From a virus, in IMG/VR virus record IMGVR_UViG_3300031566_000014, positions 14,511-78,510 of that record: a stretch of 64,000 bases of DNA; one strand, given 5' to 3'. Positions 47,547 to 58,161 of this stretch are shown in pieces. The notes below the pieces were generated by a model. The model made no database searches and was not told the DNA's origin. It was given only the letters and a program-made list of their open reading frames with translations. Made by a program: the position numbers and the translations under genes. Each line of letters begins with the position of its first letter. Position 1 is the first letter of the stretch.

Positions 47547-47581
47547 GGCCCCGCTCTATCCCCTTGTCAAGGAGTTCCGCC

Positions 47582-48466
47582 ATGTTGTCCCTAGCCTCGC
47601 AGAAGAAGACCTACGACCCGAATGCCGCTGGACTGACTGGCGGGCTGGGGCCTCTGGCCAGCATGGCGTCGGGCGCTCCTGGCTCGCAGGTGGCCTCGCC
47701 GTCGCCAGTGAAGCCCATCATGTCATCCGGCGGCGTGCCGCTGGGGGCGGGCTGGTCGAATGCCAGGGCCGGCGCTGGCGGCGTCGTGGCTCCCGCCTAC
47801 ACGACGCGGGGCGACATCGCTGCCCAGCGCGGAGTGGAAGCTGGCAGGGAGGCGCAGCGCAACGAGTATCTCTCGGGGGCCATGGCGGCGGGCGCGCCGG
47901 GCGCCTGGCAGCAGGCCGGCTACGGGCAGGAGTACTGGGAGAATGAGCGCAAGACGCAAGAGGCCCTGCTGAGCCGGCGTATCGCGGCCAAGCGGGCGCA
48001 GCTAAATGCCCGCCGCCGGGCGGGCAGCATCGACGCGGCGGATTACGACCTTGAGATGAGCAATCTGGCCGCGCAGCAGAGTTCCGGGCTTACGGCGATC
48101 CGCAACAGCATCGCGGCGCAGCGGATGGAACAGGGCCAGTCTGCGGCGATGCAGCAGGCCCAGTTGGGCATCGCGGCGGCGGGGGCCGTGCCGAGCGACC
48201 GCATGTCGCCCGTGGACACGACGCCGAAGCTGCCGAACGTGAGCGCCATGGGTGGGGGGAGGGGAGGGGGCAGCAGGACGGAACTCGGGCAGGAGATGGC
48301 GGCAATCGCCCAAGACCTCGCCAAGTATGGGAGTTGGGACAACGTTCCGAGGCCCATACAGGACGCATACAGGCAGCGATACCCGAATGCCGGGTTGCCC
48401 GCTCCGGCCCAGCCTAGTACGGGCAGTTTCGTAGATGCATCCGGCAACACGCAATGGTATGGCTAG
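47582..48466 (+). CDS. putative internal virion/ejection protein
   Basis: AAGGAG RBS; Ala/Gly/Gln-rich helical; position before the large internal proteins. Confidence 0.65.
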   Translation: MLSLASQKKTYDPNAAGLTGGLGPLASMASGAPGSQVASPSPVKPIMSSGGVPLGAGWSNARAGAGGVVAPAYTTRGDIAAQRGVEAGREAQRNEYLSGAMAAGAPGAWQQAGYGQEYWENERKTQEALLSRRIAAKRAQLNARRRAGSIDAADYDLEMSNLAAQQSSGLTAIRNSIAAQRMEQGQSAAMQQAQLGIAAAGAVPSDRMSPVDTTPKLPNVSAMGGGRGGGSRTELGQEMAAIAQDLAKYGSWDNVPRPIQDAYRQRYPNAGLPAPAQPSTGSFVDASGNTQWYG

Positions 48467-48485
48467 CAATACATAGGGGCACCCC

Positions 48486-50540
48486 ATGGAAGTTGACACC
48501 GACAAGGACATCGCCTCCTGGTCCGACGAGGAACTCGCGCGGGCCAAGAGCGAGTACGAGGCGAAGATGGCCGGCTTGCAGAGCAAGCTCTACAGCGCCC
48601 AGATCATCGGCGGCAACACGGCGGCCATGGAGGCGCTGAAGTATCAGGGGCGCGTGGCCAAGATCAACCAGGAGACGGCGAAGCGCAACGCCGCCGCAGT
48701 GAAGGGAGGGGAGGCCGCAGATGCCCAGAAGATGACGGCCCGCAGCATTCAACATCAGGGCCTGCGGGCGGCTGGGCGGACGCCGACCATGGCCCCGTCG
48801 ACTCCGAATGCTGGAGCGCCTCTTGCCGAGGCTTCGGCTGGCCCGCTGGCGCGGCCCGCTCCGCCGTCGGTGAGTGTTGCGGACTTCTTCGGGCGCGGGG
48901 CCGATGTGGGGCCGGCGGCCGGCGGGGGCACGTTCGCTTCGCTCGGCGAGGCCCCCTCGCAGGAGGGCGGCGGGGGGCAGACACTCTACACCACGCCAGC
49001 GCCCGCGCTTCTTCCCAACGCGCCGGCCCCACGGGCGCGCATGCCGCTGGGGGTAACGCCGCCGATGCAGCGGTACGATCGCGTGGCACCTGAGCCGCGC
49101 TCGCCCGCGCAGAGGGACATCGCCCATAGTGAGTACATCGTGAAGTTGGGGATGGCCGGCCTCATGGCCCCGCCGCACAACCTGACGGCGGAGCAGGCGC
49201 AGAAGCAGCTCGCAGTGGCGATGCAGCACCTCGAAGGCGTCAAGGCCATGGAGGGCGCCGTGGCGCCCCCTATCCCCGGAGTGGGGCAAGGGGTAGGGCA
49301 GGCCGTAGACGAGTTCGGCAACCCGCTACCCACAGAGGCCGACCTTGCCGCCGCTACCCCGCGCGTCGGTATCCCAGGCACATATCGCGGCGCGACGACC
49401 ATGGAGCAGACCAAGGCGGGGCAGGGGCAGTTCCTCGGAGCATATCAGAACGAGGCGCCGGGTATCAGTCACGGCGGCATGATTCCTGCCGCGCCCGCCG
49501 TTCCTGCCCGCGGCCCATTCGTCGAGGGCGGACCCGCCGAAGCTGTGCCCGCGCGACCTGCCCAGTTCATTGCCCCCACGGGCAGCGAGGCCGGTCCCGG
49601 CAGTTACGCCACATACCAGGGCACGCGGTTCATCCAGGACGAGAAAGGCGTCTGGCGCGCAAAGGGTAGCGCCAAGTGGCAGGCGACGGTGAAGAAGTTC
49701 CAAGCTGAAAAGGCTGCCACGGTTGCCGCCGAGGCGCAGAAGAAGCTCGATGAGGGCGCGGCCATGCCCGACTACGCCAAGGCTCAGTTGAAGGCCATCG
49801 ACGCGAGCCTGCCCGTCGTGGCGAAGCGGCTGAAACTGGGGCCGGTTGAGAAGGAAGCCTACCGCCAGCAGAAGCATGCGGAAGTCATCGGCAAGGTGTC
49901 CCACGAGATGGTGGTCGAGGGGGAGCAGTGGAACGAGCGGGCGGATAAGGTGGTGCAGCGGCAGAAGGACACCATCGACAAGACGGCGGTGTCCATCATG
50001 GCTGCCAATGAGCGGAAACTGGCGAACAAAGACCCCGTAATACAGATGACCGCTGACCCGAACATGACGTGGGACAATGCCTTGGCCGAAGCCAAGAAAC
50101 GTATCGGCAAGCCGCAACTGCCCGCGAAGTCGAAGCGCTTGCAGGCGTGGGAGAAGGTGTTCGGAGCCGTGACGACGGACTTCACGGAGCCTGAGCCGCC
50201 CGCGGCGGCCCCAGGGCCGACGCTTGGCGAACGCATCGGCGGATGGTTCAAGGGAACGCCGGTGGAGAGTGCGCCGGCTGCCGCTGGGGCAGCGGCGCCT
50301 GCGCCCGCGCCACCGGCGGCTGTGGCCCCGCAGCAAGCGCCGCCGCCGGCCTCTGTGCCGTATCAGGCAGCGGGCACTGCCCCTGGCGTGAATCCGCTCA
50401 TGAGGGCCGAGCCTACGGTGACGCTCAAGAACGGTGAAGCCGTACCACAGGCCAAGGTCGATCAGGCGCGGCAGGTAGCCGCTGGCGGTGGGCCGAAGGC
50501 CGCTGCTGCCCAAGCGTGGCTTGCGAAGTACGCCGACTGA
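48486..50540 (+). CDS. putative ejection protein
   Basis: 684 aa, Ala/Pro-rich with helical segments. Confidence 0.65.
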   Translation: MEVDTDKDIASWSDEELARAKSEYEAKMAGLQSKLYSAQIIGGNTAAMEALKYQGRVAKINQETAKRNAAAVKGGEAADAQKMTARSIQHQGLRAAGRTPTMAPSTPNAGAPLAEASAGPLARPAPPSVSVADFFGRGADVGPAAGGGTFASLGEAPSQEGGGGQTLYTTPAPALLPNAPAPRARMPLGVTPPMQRYDRVAPEPRSPAQRDIAHSEYIVKLGMAGLMAPPHNLTAEQAQKQLAVAMQHLEGVKAMEGAVAPPIPGVGQGVGQAVDEFGNPLPTEADLAAATPRVGIPGTYRGATTMEQTKAGQGQFLGAYQNEAPGISHGGMIPAAPAVPARGPFVEGGPAEAVPARPAQFIAPTGSEAGPGSYATYQGTRFIQDEKGVWRAKGSAKWQATVKKFQAEKAATVAAEAQKKLDEGAAMPDYAKAQLKAIDASLPVVAKRLKLGPVEKEAYRQQKHAEVIGKVSHEMVVEGEQWNERADKVVQRQKDTIDKTAVSIMAANERKLANKDPVIQMTADPNMTWDNALAEAKKRIGKPQLPAKSKRLQAWEKVFGAVTTDFTEPEPPAAAPGPTLGERIGGWFKGTPVESAPAAAGAAAPAPAPPAAVAPQQAPPPASVPYQAAGTAPGVNPLMRAEPTVTLKNGEAVPQAKVDQARQVAAGGGPKAAAAQAWLAKYAD

Positions 50541-50552
50541 TAGGAGCCTCCT

Positions 50553-53500
50553 ATGGGAGCGCTTGACGAACTTGATGCCATCGTCGGTGACGTGCCGCCG
50601 CCTGCGCAGGGACAGGCCCCCGCTACGGGCGGCAGCGCGCTGGCCGAATTGGACGCCATACTGCCGAAGCGCGCGGACGTTGCAGAGTACGCAGGCAAAG
50701 AGCGCTGGGCGGAAATGATCCCCTACGTTGGGCCCGCCGTTGGCCTCGAACGCCAGAGAATCACCCGCAATGCTGCCTTGGTAGCCGCCGGTGAGCAGCA
50801 AGAGCCTACCCCGGCTATTGTCCCGTTTCAAGCCGCTGGCGTCCCTGCTGGCGTCAACCCGCTTACCCGTCGAATGACTCCCGAATCGGCTCAGGGCATT
50901 CTAGCCAAGGATGCGGCCTACAATGAAATGATGGAGCGTGGGCTGACGCCGGGGGCGCAGATACTTCAGGGCGGCGCAAAGATGGTCGGCTACGCGACGG
51001 AAATCGCGGGTGGCGGCGGCATGGCAACATTGACGCGGGGTGCTGCCCGTAAGGGGCTTATGGCGATCCCCGGCATTGCGGTAGCGGCTGGCAAGCGTGG
51101 GATTGCTGGCACGCTCACGCGCGCTGGAATCAAGGTTGCTGGCAGGGTGGCTGGCGAAACTGCCCGTTCCCTCATCACGCCCAGCGCGCTCGCAGGCAAC
51201 TATGAGGACAGGACACGCCAAGGGCAAGGGCCTGGCACGGCGCTTGCTGGCGCCTTCCTGGATACCGTCATCGGCAATGTCGCGGAGCAGAGCGGCGAAG
51301 CCGTGCTGGGCGTCGCCGCCAAGATCGGCGCGAAGATACCTGTCATCGGCAAGGCCGTGACGCTCATCAACGGCGGACTGCGCAAGGCGTGGGCCAAGGC
51401 GGGCTTCTCGGCGGGTGCCTTCGATGCGGCAATGAAGGCCGGCGGCTGGAACGGCGTCATCGCGGAACTCACAGAGGAGCGCGTCGAGCCGTTCCTGAAA
51501 GCCGTGTTCCAGGGCGACGAATGGCGCAAGATCATCCCATCGCTTGAACAGTTGGGCGTCGAGGCGGCGGTGCTGTCCCTGCCCATGGCCCCCGGCATTG
51601 CGATGGGCACCATGCGCAACGCGGCGGGACGGGCTAAGGCCAAGGCCGAAGTCAAGAAGGAGATGGACCGCTTCGTTCACGACGCCATCGCCAAAGGGCT
51701 GGGCGAGGAAGTGGCTCCCCCGCCCCCGCAAGAGGAGGCGCCCCCCGCTCTGGACGAGGCGCAGCAGGCGGCCATGGCCGAGGCGCTGGCGCTTGAGAAG
51801 CAGGGCGTCGCTGCGCCCACGGCGGCTGAGGAACTGGACCAGATCACGGCGGCGCCCCCTGCCGTGGAAGCGCCCCCCCAGACGGCCCCAACTGCCCCCG
51901 AAACCACACCGACTGCCCCTGAGATGCCCGCGAAAGAGGCGGGCGCACAGCCGGTGGTATCAGAAGCCTTACAGGAACCCGCGACGCAGCAGGGGCCGTC
52001 TCCTGCCACCACAGGGGAGATTGCGGCACAAGCCCCCACCACGGAGCGCGCCCGCGTCCACGCCGAGTTCCGCCAGTCCTTCGCCAACCTCGCGCCCGCA
52101 GAGCAGGAGAGCACCCTCGCCATTGCCGACGCCATGGTATTCGCAACGGCGCGGGCCAGCGGCATTGACTCCGAAGATGTGTGGAAGCGGCTCAATTTCG
52201 CCGAGGGCGTGGCTACTGCGCCCGCGACTACCACGGAGGGCATGGCGGCGCTCAAGAAGAAGGGGCTGAAGGCCGTAGCCGTCACGGAACTGGCTGACAG
52301 CCTCAATGCCACGGTAAGGGCGCTCGACGCGCCCACGGTTGACGAGGCCATGCACGAGTTGGGCCATGTGGGCATGGTGTGGCTGCCTACGGACGTGCGC
52401 AAGCAGGCGGAGACGTGGGCGGGCGCGAAGTACGGCAAGTGGGACGTGCCGACGAAGGAGAAGTTCGCCAACGCATTCGTGGAATGGCTCAATGGCAGGG
52501 CACGCGCGCCCAAGGGCTTGGCTCGGGTGTTCAGCGACTTGAAGAAGTGGCTGACCAAGGTGTTCGGCTCGCTGCGCGCGGTGCAAGGGCTTGAGAAGCA
52601 AGAGGCAATCGAGCGGGTGTTCAAGTTCCTGACGGGGGAGGAGGCGGGCAAGGGCGCTGCGGCCCAGGCAGGTCCAAAGGGCGAGTCCCTGTTTGCGGTG
52701 CGCGATCCATGGGAACTGACCAAGGAGGACTATGTTGCTGAAGGTTCCTACGGGCTGCAACAGGCGGTGTTTACGCAGGCGTTCAATCAGGCCATCAAAG
52801 ACGAATACATGAGCGCTGAAAAGGACCGCGGCAAGGTGATGCGCCCGCATAAAATCGCCACGGTTGGCGACGCCCTTGCGCCCGAAGTGCTGGCGCTCTT
52901 CCCAAGGGAGTCCCATGGTGTCGAAATCTGGGTCGCGTCAAGGCTCAACGATGAGTCATTCAGCGGCTTTGCCATAGGTGGCCCAACGGAGGCCGGAGCT
53001 TACAGGATCGTGATGCACCCGCAACAGGCTGCGGCCCGCTACGTGCCCGGCCTGATGCACGAACTCAAACACCTGACAGACATTCTGGCTGGCAAAGAGA
53101 CGACGCCAACGGATGCCATCAGGCGGGAGAGTTACGCCGCATACCGGCGTCTGCCTAGCGAGCGCAGGGCGCGTCGGTTCGAGAAGTCTATGAACAACGC
53201 ATACGTTCATAGGCTGTTCATAGAGCGCGCCATAGAGCAGGGCCGGCAGATTCCACCGGACGTGCTCGCTGACTACCCAGACCTAGCTGGCAAGGGCGCG
53301 GCGGCTGGCGCGGGCGGGAAGCAGACGTTGTTTGCGACGAGGCCGGCTACCAACGAATCCGAACGCGACCGCATGGCCCCCGTGTGGTACTCGAAACTCT
53401 CGCAGGCCGTCGATACCAAGATGGGCGGGCGCGCGACGCCTCAGCAGCTCATGGGCATGCTCAAGGGCGCTGGCGTCAAGGACGAGGAAATCGAATGGAG

Positions 53501-56500
53501 CGGCCTGCCTGAGTTGCTCAAGGGCAAGGGCAGCGTGACGAAGGCCGAGGTGCAGGAGCACCTTGAGGCCAACGCAATCCAAGTGGTGGACGTGGTGAAG
53601 GGGGGGAGACCGTCTGGGGAGCCTCAATGGGCAGTCGTTGACGAGGATGGGCAGCCGCGTTTCAGCAGGCGCTTTGATACGGAGGATGAGGCGTGGGACT
53701 ATGCCGAGCGCTATCAAGGTGAGGACGAGCCGCCGCTTGATGTAGAACAGGTTCCCGGCACGGAAGCCCCTGCCACAAAGTTTTCTCAGTATCAGGCGGT
53801 GCCGGGTGGAGAAAATTACCGGGAACTGCTGCTTCAGATGCCGGCAGCGAAGAAGGCGATTGCACTAGAGCCAACAGTGCCCTTCAATGGAACAGGTGTT
53901 GCGTACCAGGACGGGTCGCGGCAGGTCCAAGGCGTCACAACGACCCCGTGGACCATCGGGTCAGAGCACGGCACGATCACCTACTGGCCATACCGATACG
54001 ACTGGAGCGCACAGCGCACTGGGGCGGAGTACGTCGTTGATTCTGAGAAGATGCAGAACGCCCACTTCAAGACGATGGAGGCCGCCGTGGCCGCTATCGA
54101 GAAGTCCTACGCGGGCACGCAGCGTGGCGAGGACATGGGGGCGTATCGTAGCGACGTGTTCACCGGCCAGCACTGGTCTGAACCCAACGTCCTCGCCCAC
54201 GTGCGCACGTCGGACTTCACGGACGCGCGGGGCAAGCGCGTGCTGGTGATTCAGGAGATTCAGTCAGACTGGCACCAGGAGGGAAGGGAGAAGGGATATG
54301 GGGGCGCGAACGTTCTAACGAAGCAAGACGCGGAGAGCCTGGGGTACTCTGTGCGCCGATCCGCGAGCAGTCGCGGGGGAAGCGCATACTTTCTGGACGG
54401 CCCGAACCTTCCGAGAGGAACCACCAATTACATCGGCTTCGAGACAGAGGCCGAAGCGTGGGACACGCTTGTTGCGAAGTTGCGGGCGCAGATGTCCGAA
54501 AACGCCGTCCCCAACGCCCCCTTCAAGAGCACGTGGCCCACGCTCGCAATGAAGCGAATGATCCGATGGGGCGCGGAGAACGGATACGACAGGATCGCGT
54601 GGAGCACGGGGGCGCAGCAGGCGGACGTGTACAGCCTTGCGACTGCCGTTGACAAGTTGACGTGGAACCCATCTGACGAACGGCCCGGTGGCAAGTATGT
54701 CTACGGAACGAAGGTTGGGCAAGGCGAAGTCGTCGGTATGGGCGTTGACGAACAGGGCAACATCGTCAACGCGAGCATGGACGAACTGAATGGCAAGCAC
54801 TTGTCAGATGCTATTGGCAAAGAGATGGCCGCTCGTGTCATGGCGGAGCCTCGTGGCGAACTCAGCGGCGAGGGCCTCAAGGTCGGCGGCCACGGCATGC
54901 GCGCCTTCTACGATCAGATGCTCGTCAACGAAACGAACAAGCTCGTCAAGCGATACGGAGCGAGGGTGGGGGAGGTGAAGCTGCTGACGATGGATAGCCC
55001 AGTAGGGCCGTTCCCTCTTGATATAGAGGTTCGTGGCGGCAAGTATTGGGTGGTGGATAGCAACAGGGCAAGGGCGTCCGAAGATTTTGGCAGCTATCAG
55101 GAAGCCGACGCACAGCGCCAGAGCATAATGGCGGCGGCGGCTGACGCGGCGAAGGGGCGTGGAAGAACCACCGTCCACGGATTCGACATCACGCCCGCCA
55201 TGCGCGACGAGGCGCTGGGCAAGGGCATGTCCCTCTTTGCCACGCGCCCAGACGAGGAGGGCAGGCCCAAGGGCGTCCCCGTCCCTGCTCTCGCCATGGC
55301 TATCACCCGTGGCCGCGCCTATCTCGATGACGGTGTGACCGACTTCCGCAAGTGGGCGGGTGCCATGGTGGGCGTCTACACGGAGAACATCAAGCCCTAC
55401 CTCGCGCCCATCTACGAGGCGCTGCGCACAGAGGGCACCCACGCCGACGCCATGACGCCACGCGAGAACATCCGCATCCCGCGAAGCCCCAAGGCGGGTA
55501 AGGCCCCCGGCACGGCGAAGCTCGTCACGCCCGAAGGCGGCACACCGCGCGTCGCCCTTGGCCCGCGCCCCACGCCATCGGGCGCCGCCTATCTCGCCGG
55601 CCTTGGCACATCCGAGGAAGCTCGCGCGGGCGTAGACGTGCTCGACACCGAGCGCGAGGAACGCCGCCGCGTGTCCCAACAGATCGCCATGCTCATCAAC
55701 CAGCGGAAGAAGTTCGAGGACGGGGCACCAGAGGCAGTAACGATTGACGAGCGTCTTGAGAAGTTGCGCGAGCGCGAGAATGCCCTGACGCTGGGCGGGC
55801 AGGTGCCGGCCTACGCGCAGACGCCCCTGAAGCCCCTTGAGGACGCCGCAGATGCCCGAGTCGCCGCCGACCCCGTGGCCGAGCGGGCGCGCATCGTCGG
55901 CATGGCCGCCGCCAATCAGGTGCCAGAGGCCGTTGACACGTACATCATGGACCGTCTCGTGGATCAGATCATCCCCGAAGTGCTGACGGCAGACCCCGCC
56001 GAGGTGCCGAACATCACCATCTTCTACGACTCGGTGCGGAAGTTGCGTGGCAACGTCGGCCTTGTCTTTCGCACGATGCAGGACAAGAAGCTGTCACCCG
56101 CTCAGCGCAGGCTCCGCGCTATCTCAGAGGCCATTGCCTTCCCCGCGAAGCCGTGGCTCGACAAGATGGCCGCCGCCGAGAAGGCCGGCAACATGGCCCT
56201 CGTGGCACAACTGCGGAAGCAGCGCGACGAGGAACTCATCGCCTTCCGCGCTATCCTTGCCAAGCACGGCGTGGACCCGAAGAACCTGGGCAAACTCAGT
56301 AAAGACCGTCGCAAGGCCGCCGCCATCCACCGCGAGATGATCACCAGCCGCTCAGGCGGGTGGGACGTGGTGCAGGAACTCTACCGCAATATCCTGCTCT
56401 CGGGCACACCGACGCACAGCGCCAACTTCTTCTCCAACAGCGCCTTCTTTGCTTACCACTTCGGCATCCGCGAGTCGCTTACTGCCCTGTGGAACTCCGC

Positions 56501-58130
56501 CACGGGCGCGAAGGAAGGCACCCACCTGTCTGATCTCAAGCACATGCTCGACTTCACCAGTACGCTCGGGCCGGCCATAGCCGACGCCTATCGCAATGCC
56601 ATCGAGACGTTTGTCACAGAGATACCCACGATGGAGGAGTTGCACGGCGAGGAAGGGCAGGCCAAGTTTGTCGAGGGCGGCGTCGCCATCGCAGGCAAGA
56701 AGGGCAGGGCCATCCGCTATCCGCAGCGCTGGCTCATGGCAATGGATGACTTCGCCGTGACCCTCGCCGCGCGGATCAAGGTCGCCATGGTGGCCCACCG
56801 CATGGCCGTCAACGAGGGCTTCAAGGGCGCGGAACTCACCGAGCGCATGCAGGCGCTCATCGCGGACCCCGTATCCCCAGCGTGGAAGAAGGCTATCGAG
56901 CTTTCCCAGGAAGTCACGTTCAAGGGCAAGCCCGACCCCTTCGCCCAGTGGGTGATCAATATCCGCAAGAAGCATCGCTGGGCCTACTTCTCCTTCCCCT
57001 TCATCACGACCCCCGCGCACATCGCCGTAACGGGCATGAAGATGTCGCCCTACCGCCTGCTGCGGCACCTTGCCCTGCCTTACACGGCGGGCGTAGCGGC
57101 CATCACGGGCGACTGGAGCCGAGTCAAGAACTCACTGGCAGGCCACAAGATTGCTGCCGATCTCATTTCCGCCGGCCTCCTGTGGCTCATCATCGGCCAG
57201 GACGACGACGACCCGTGGATTACGGGCAAGGACGGGATCAACGGCCAGAACCGCTACAGCATCAAGATCGCAGGCCAGTGGTGGTCATACTACCGCATCG
57301 AGCCGTTCGCAACTGCCCTCGCCGCCACGGTTGACCTTGGCAGAGGCATCAAGTCGGGCGACCCGTCCGTGGCCGTCCGCGAAGGCTCCATGGGCTTCCT
57401 TCAGCAGATGGGCGACAAGACCTACTTCCAAGGCATCCAAGACCTCTATCGCGCCGTGGGCGAACCCGTAGCGGGCAGGGCAGACCTTGTTGATTCTCTC
57501 GCCACCTATGCCAGCCGCTTCGCGTCCTCGTGGGTGCCCAACTTCATCAAGGCACCCGCCCGCGCCTTGCAGGCCACGATCAAGGAACGCCGCGCCTACG
57601 GCAAGCCCGGCACCCGAGCCGGCCTGCTTCTCGGTCAACGGGCGCTTCAGCAAGCCGAGCTTGCCCCCGGCCTCGACCATCCACGATACGACATGTGGGG
57701 CCGCCCAATGCTCCGCGACGGCTCCCCGTGGAACTACGCCGCAACGGACTTCCTGTGGCGAATGATCGCCCCCGCCCAAGTCGGAAAGACCCAACCCTAT
57801 GTCGGCGATGTGATGGTCTACAACTGGAACCGCCTGCATCCCATGGATGAGTTCCACCCCCGGCCGCCCGACCGCTCCCTGACATGGCGTGGCAAGAAAG
57901 CCTACATGGACGACGCCACGTATGAGAAGTTCATGCAGGAAGTGGGGACGCGCACCAAGGCTGGCTTCGATGCGTGGTTCGCCGTGGCAGAGCGCTACGG
58001 CGCGACACTCGACCCGCAGAACCCCTCGCCCGAAATGAAGAACCAACTAGAGAGTATCCGCGAGAGGGCTACTAATGCGGCGCGCGCCGTCGTGATCAGA
58101 ATGATGGCGGAGCGCGGCGAGTTGAAGTAG
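50553..58130 (+). CDS. large polyvalent / ejection protein
   Basis: 2525 aa; HELGH and HELKH motifs; WYSKL, GGENYRELLL, EIQSDWHQ block; LPD38-like SYYRIEPFA near C-terminus. Confidence 0.8.
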   Translation: MGALDELDAIVGDVPPPAQGQAPATGGSALAELDAILPKRADVAEYAGKERWAEMIPYVGPAVGLERQRITRNAALVAAGEQQEPTPAIVPFQAAGVPAGVNPLTRRMTPESAQGILAKDAAYNEMMERGLTPGAQILQGGAKMVGYATEIAGGGGMATLTRGAARKGLMAIPGIAVAAGKRGIAGTLTRAGIKVAGRVAGETARSLITPSALAGNYEDRTRQGQGPGTALAGAFLDTVIGNVAEQSGEAVLGVAAKIGAKIPVIGKAVTLINGGLRKAWAKAGFSAGAFDAAMKAGGWNGVIAELTEERVEPFLKAVFQGDEWRKIIPSLEQLGVEAAVLSLPMAPGIAMGTMRNAAGRAKAKAEVKKEMDRFVHDAIAKGLGEEVAPPPPQEEAPPALDEAQQAAMAEALALEKQGVAAPTAAEELDQITAAPPAVEAPPQTAPTAPETTPTAPEMPAKEAGAQPVVSEALQEPATQQGPSPATTGEIAAQAPTTERARVHAEFRQSFANLAPAEQESTLAIADAMVFATARASGIDSEDVWKRLNFAEGVATAPATTTEGMAALKKKGLKAVAVTELADSLNATVRALDAPTVDEAMHELGHVGMVWLPTDVRKQAETWAGAKYGKWDVPTKEKFANAFVEWLNGRARAPKGLARVFSDLKKWLTKVFGSLRAVQGLEKQEAIERVFKFLTGEEAGKGAAAQAGPKGESLFAVRDPWELTKEDYVAEGSYGLQQAVFTQAFNQAIKDEYMSAEKDRGKVMRPHKIATVGDALAPEVLALFPRESHGVEIWVASRLNDESFSGFAIGGPTEAGAYRIVMHPQQAAARYVPGLMHELKHLTDILAGKETTPTDAIRRESYAAYRRLPSERRARRFEKSMNNAYVHRLFIERAIEQGRQIPPDVLADYPDLAGKGAAAGAGGKQTLFATRPATNESERDRMAPVWYSKLSQAVDTKMGGRATPQQLMGMLKGAGVKDEEIEWSGLPELLKGKGSVTKAEVQEHLEANAIQVVDVVKGGRPSGEPQWAVVDEDGQPRFSRRFDTEDEAWDYAERYQGEDEPPLDVEQVPGTEAPATKFSQYQAVPGGENYRELLLQMPAAKKAIALEPTVPFNGTGVAYQDGSRQVQGVTTTPWTIGSEHGTITYWPYRYDWSAQRTGAEYVVDSEKMQNAHFKTMEAAVAAIEKSYAGTQRGEDMGAYRSDVFTGQHWSEPNVLAHVRTSDFTDARGKRVLVIQEIQSDWHQEGREKGYGGANVLTKQDAESLGYSVRRSASSRGGSAYFLDGPNLPRGTTNYIGFETEAEAWDTLVAKLRAQMSENAVPNAPFKSTWPTLAMKRMIRWGAENGYDRIAWSTGAQQADVYSLATAVDKLTWNPSDERPGGKYVYGTKVGQGEVVGMGVDEQGNIVNASMDELNGKHLSDAIGKEMAARVMAEPRGELSGEGLKVGGHGMRAFYDQMLVNETNKLVKRYGARVGEVKLLTMDSPVGPFPLDIEVRGGKYWVVDSNRARASEDFGSYQEADAQRQSIMAAAADAAKGRGRTTVHGFDITPAMRDEALGKGMSLFATRPDEEGRPKGVPVPALAMAITRGRAYLDDGVTDFRKWAGAMVGVYTENIKPYLAPIYEALRTEGTHADAMTPRENIRIPRSPKAGKAPGTAKLVTPEGGTPRVALGPRPTPSGAAYLAGLGTSEEARAGVDVLDTEREERRRVSQQIAMLINQRKKFEDGAPEAVTIDERLEKLRERENALTLGGQVPAYAQTPLKPLEDAADARVAADPVAERARIVGMAAANQVPEAVDTYIMDRLVDQIIPEVLTADPAEVPNITIFYDSVRKLRGNVGLVFRTMQDKKLSPAQRRLRAISEAIAFPAKPWLDKMAAAEKAGNMALVAQLRKQRDEELIAFRAILAKHGVDPKNLGKLSKDRRKAAAIHREMITSRSGGWDVVQELYRNILLSGTPTHSANFFSNSAFFAYHFGIRESLTALWNSATGAKEGTHLSDLKHMLDFTSTLGPAIADAYRNAIETFVTEIPTMEELHGEEGQAKFVEGGVAIAGKKGRAIRYPQRWLMAMDDFAVTLAARIKVAMVAHRMAVNEGFKGAELTERMQALIADPVSPAWKKAIELSQEVTFKGKPDPFAQWVINIRKKHRWAYFSFPFITTPAHIAVTGMKMSPYRLLRHLALPYTAGVAAITGDWSRVKNSLAGHKIAADLISAGLLWLIIGQDDDDPWITGKDGINGQNRYSIKIAGQWWSYYRIEPFATALAATVDLGRGIKSGDPSVAVREGSMGFLQQMGDKTYFQGIQDLYRAVGEPVAGRADLVDSLATYASRFASSWVPNFIKAPARALQATIKERRAYGKPGTRAGLLLGQRALQQAELAPGLDHPRYDMWGRPMLRDGSPWNYAATDFLWRMIAPAQVGKTQPYVGDVMVYNWNRLHPMDEFHPRPPDRSLTWRGKKAYMDDATYEKFMQEVGTRTKAGFDAWFAVAERYGATLDPQNPSPEMKNQLESIRERATNAARAVVIRMMAERGELK

Positions 58131-58161
58131 CCCCACCCCCTAGCTTGCGGGCGGGGGCTGC
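58127..58161. terminator. GC hairpin at the convergence of the late operon and the pentamer array
   Basis: GTAGCCCCACCCCC-TAGCTTGC-GGGCGGGGGCTGC. Confidence 0.5.

Noticed and set aside
15174-58046. Long minus-strand ORFs opposite structural genes (e.g. 21364-22965, 18216-19646, 49326-50831)
   Set aside because: Shadow ORFs caused by high GC3 codon bias of the real plus-strand genes.
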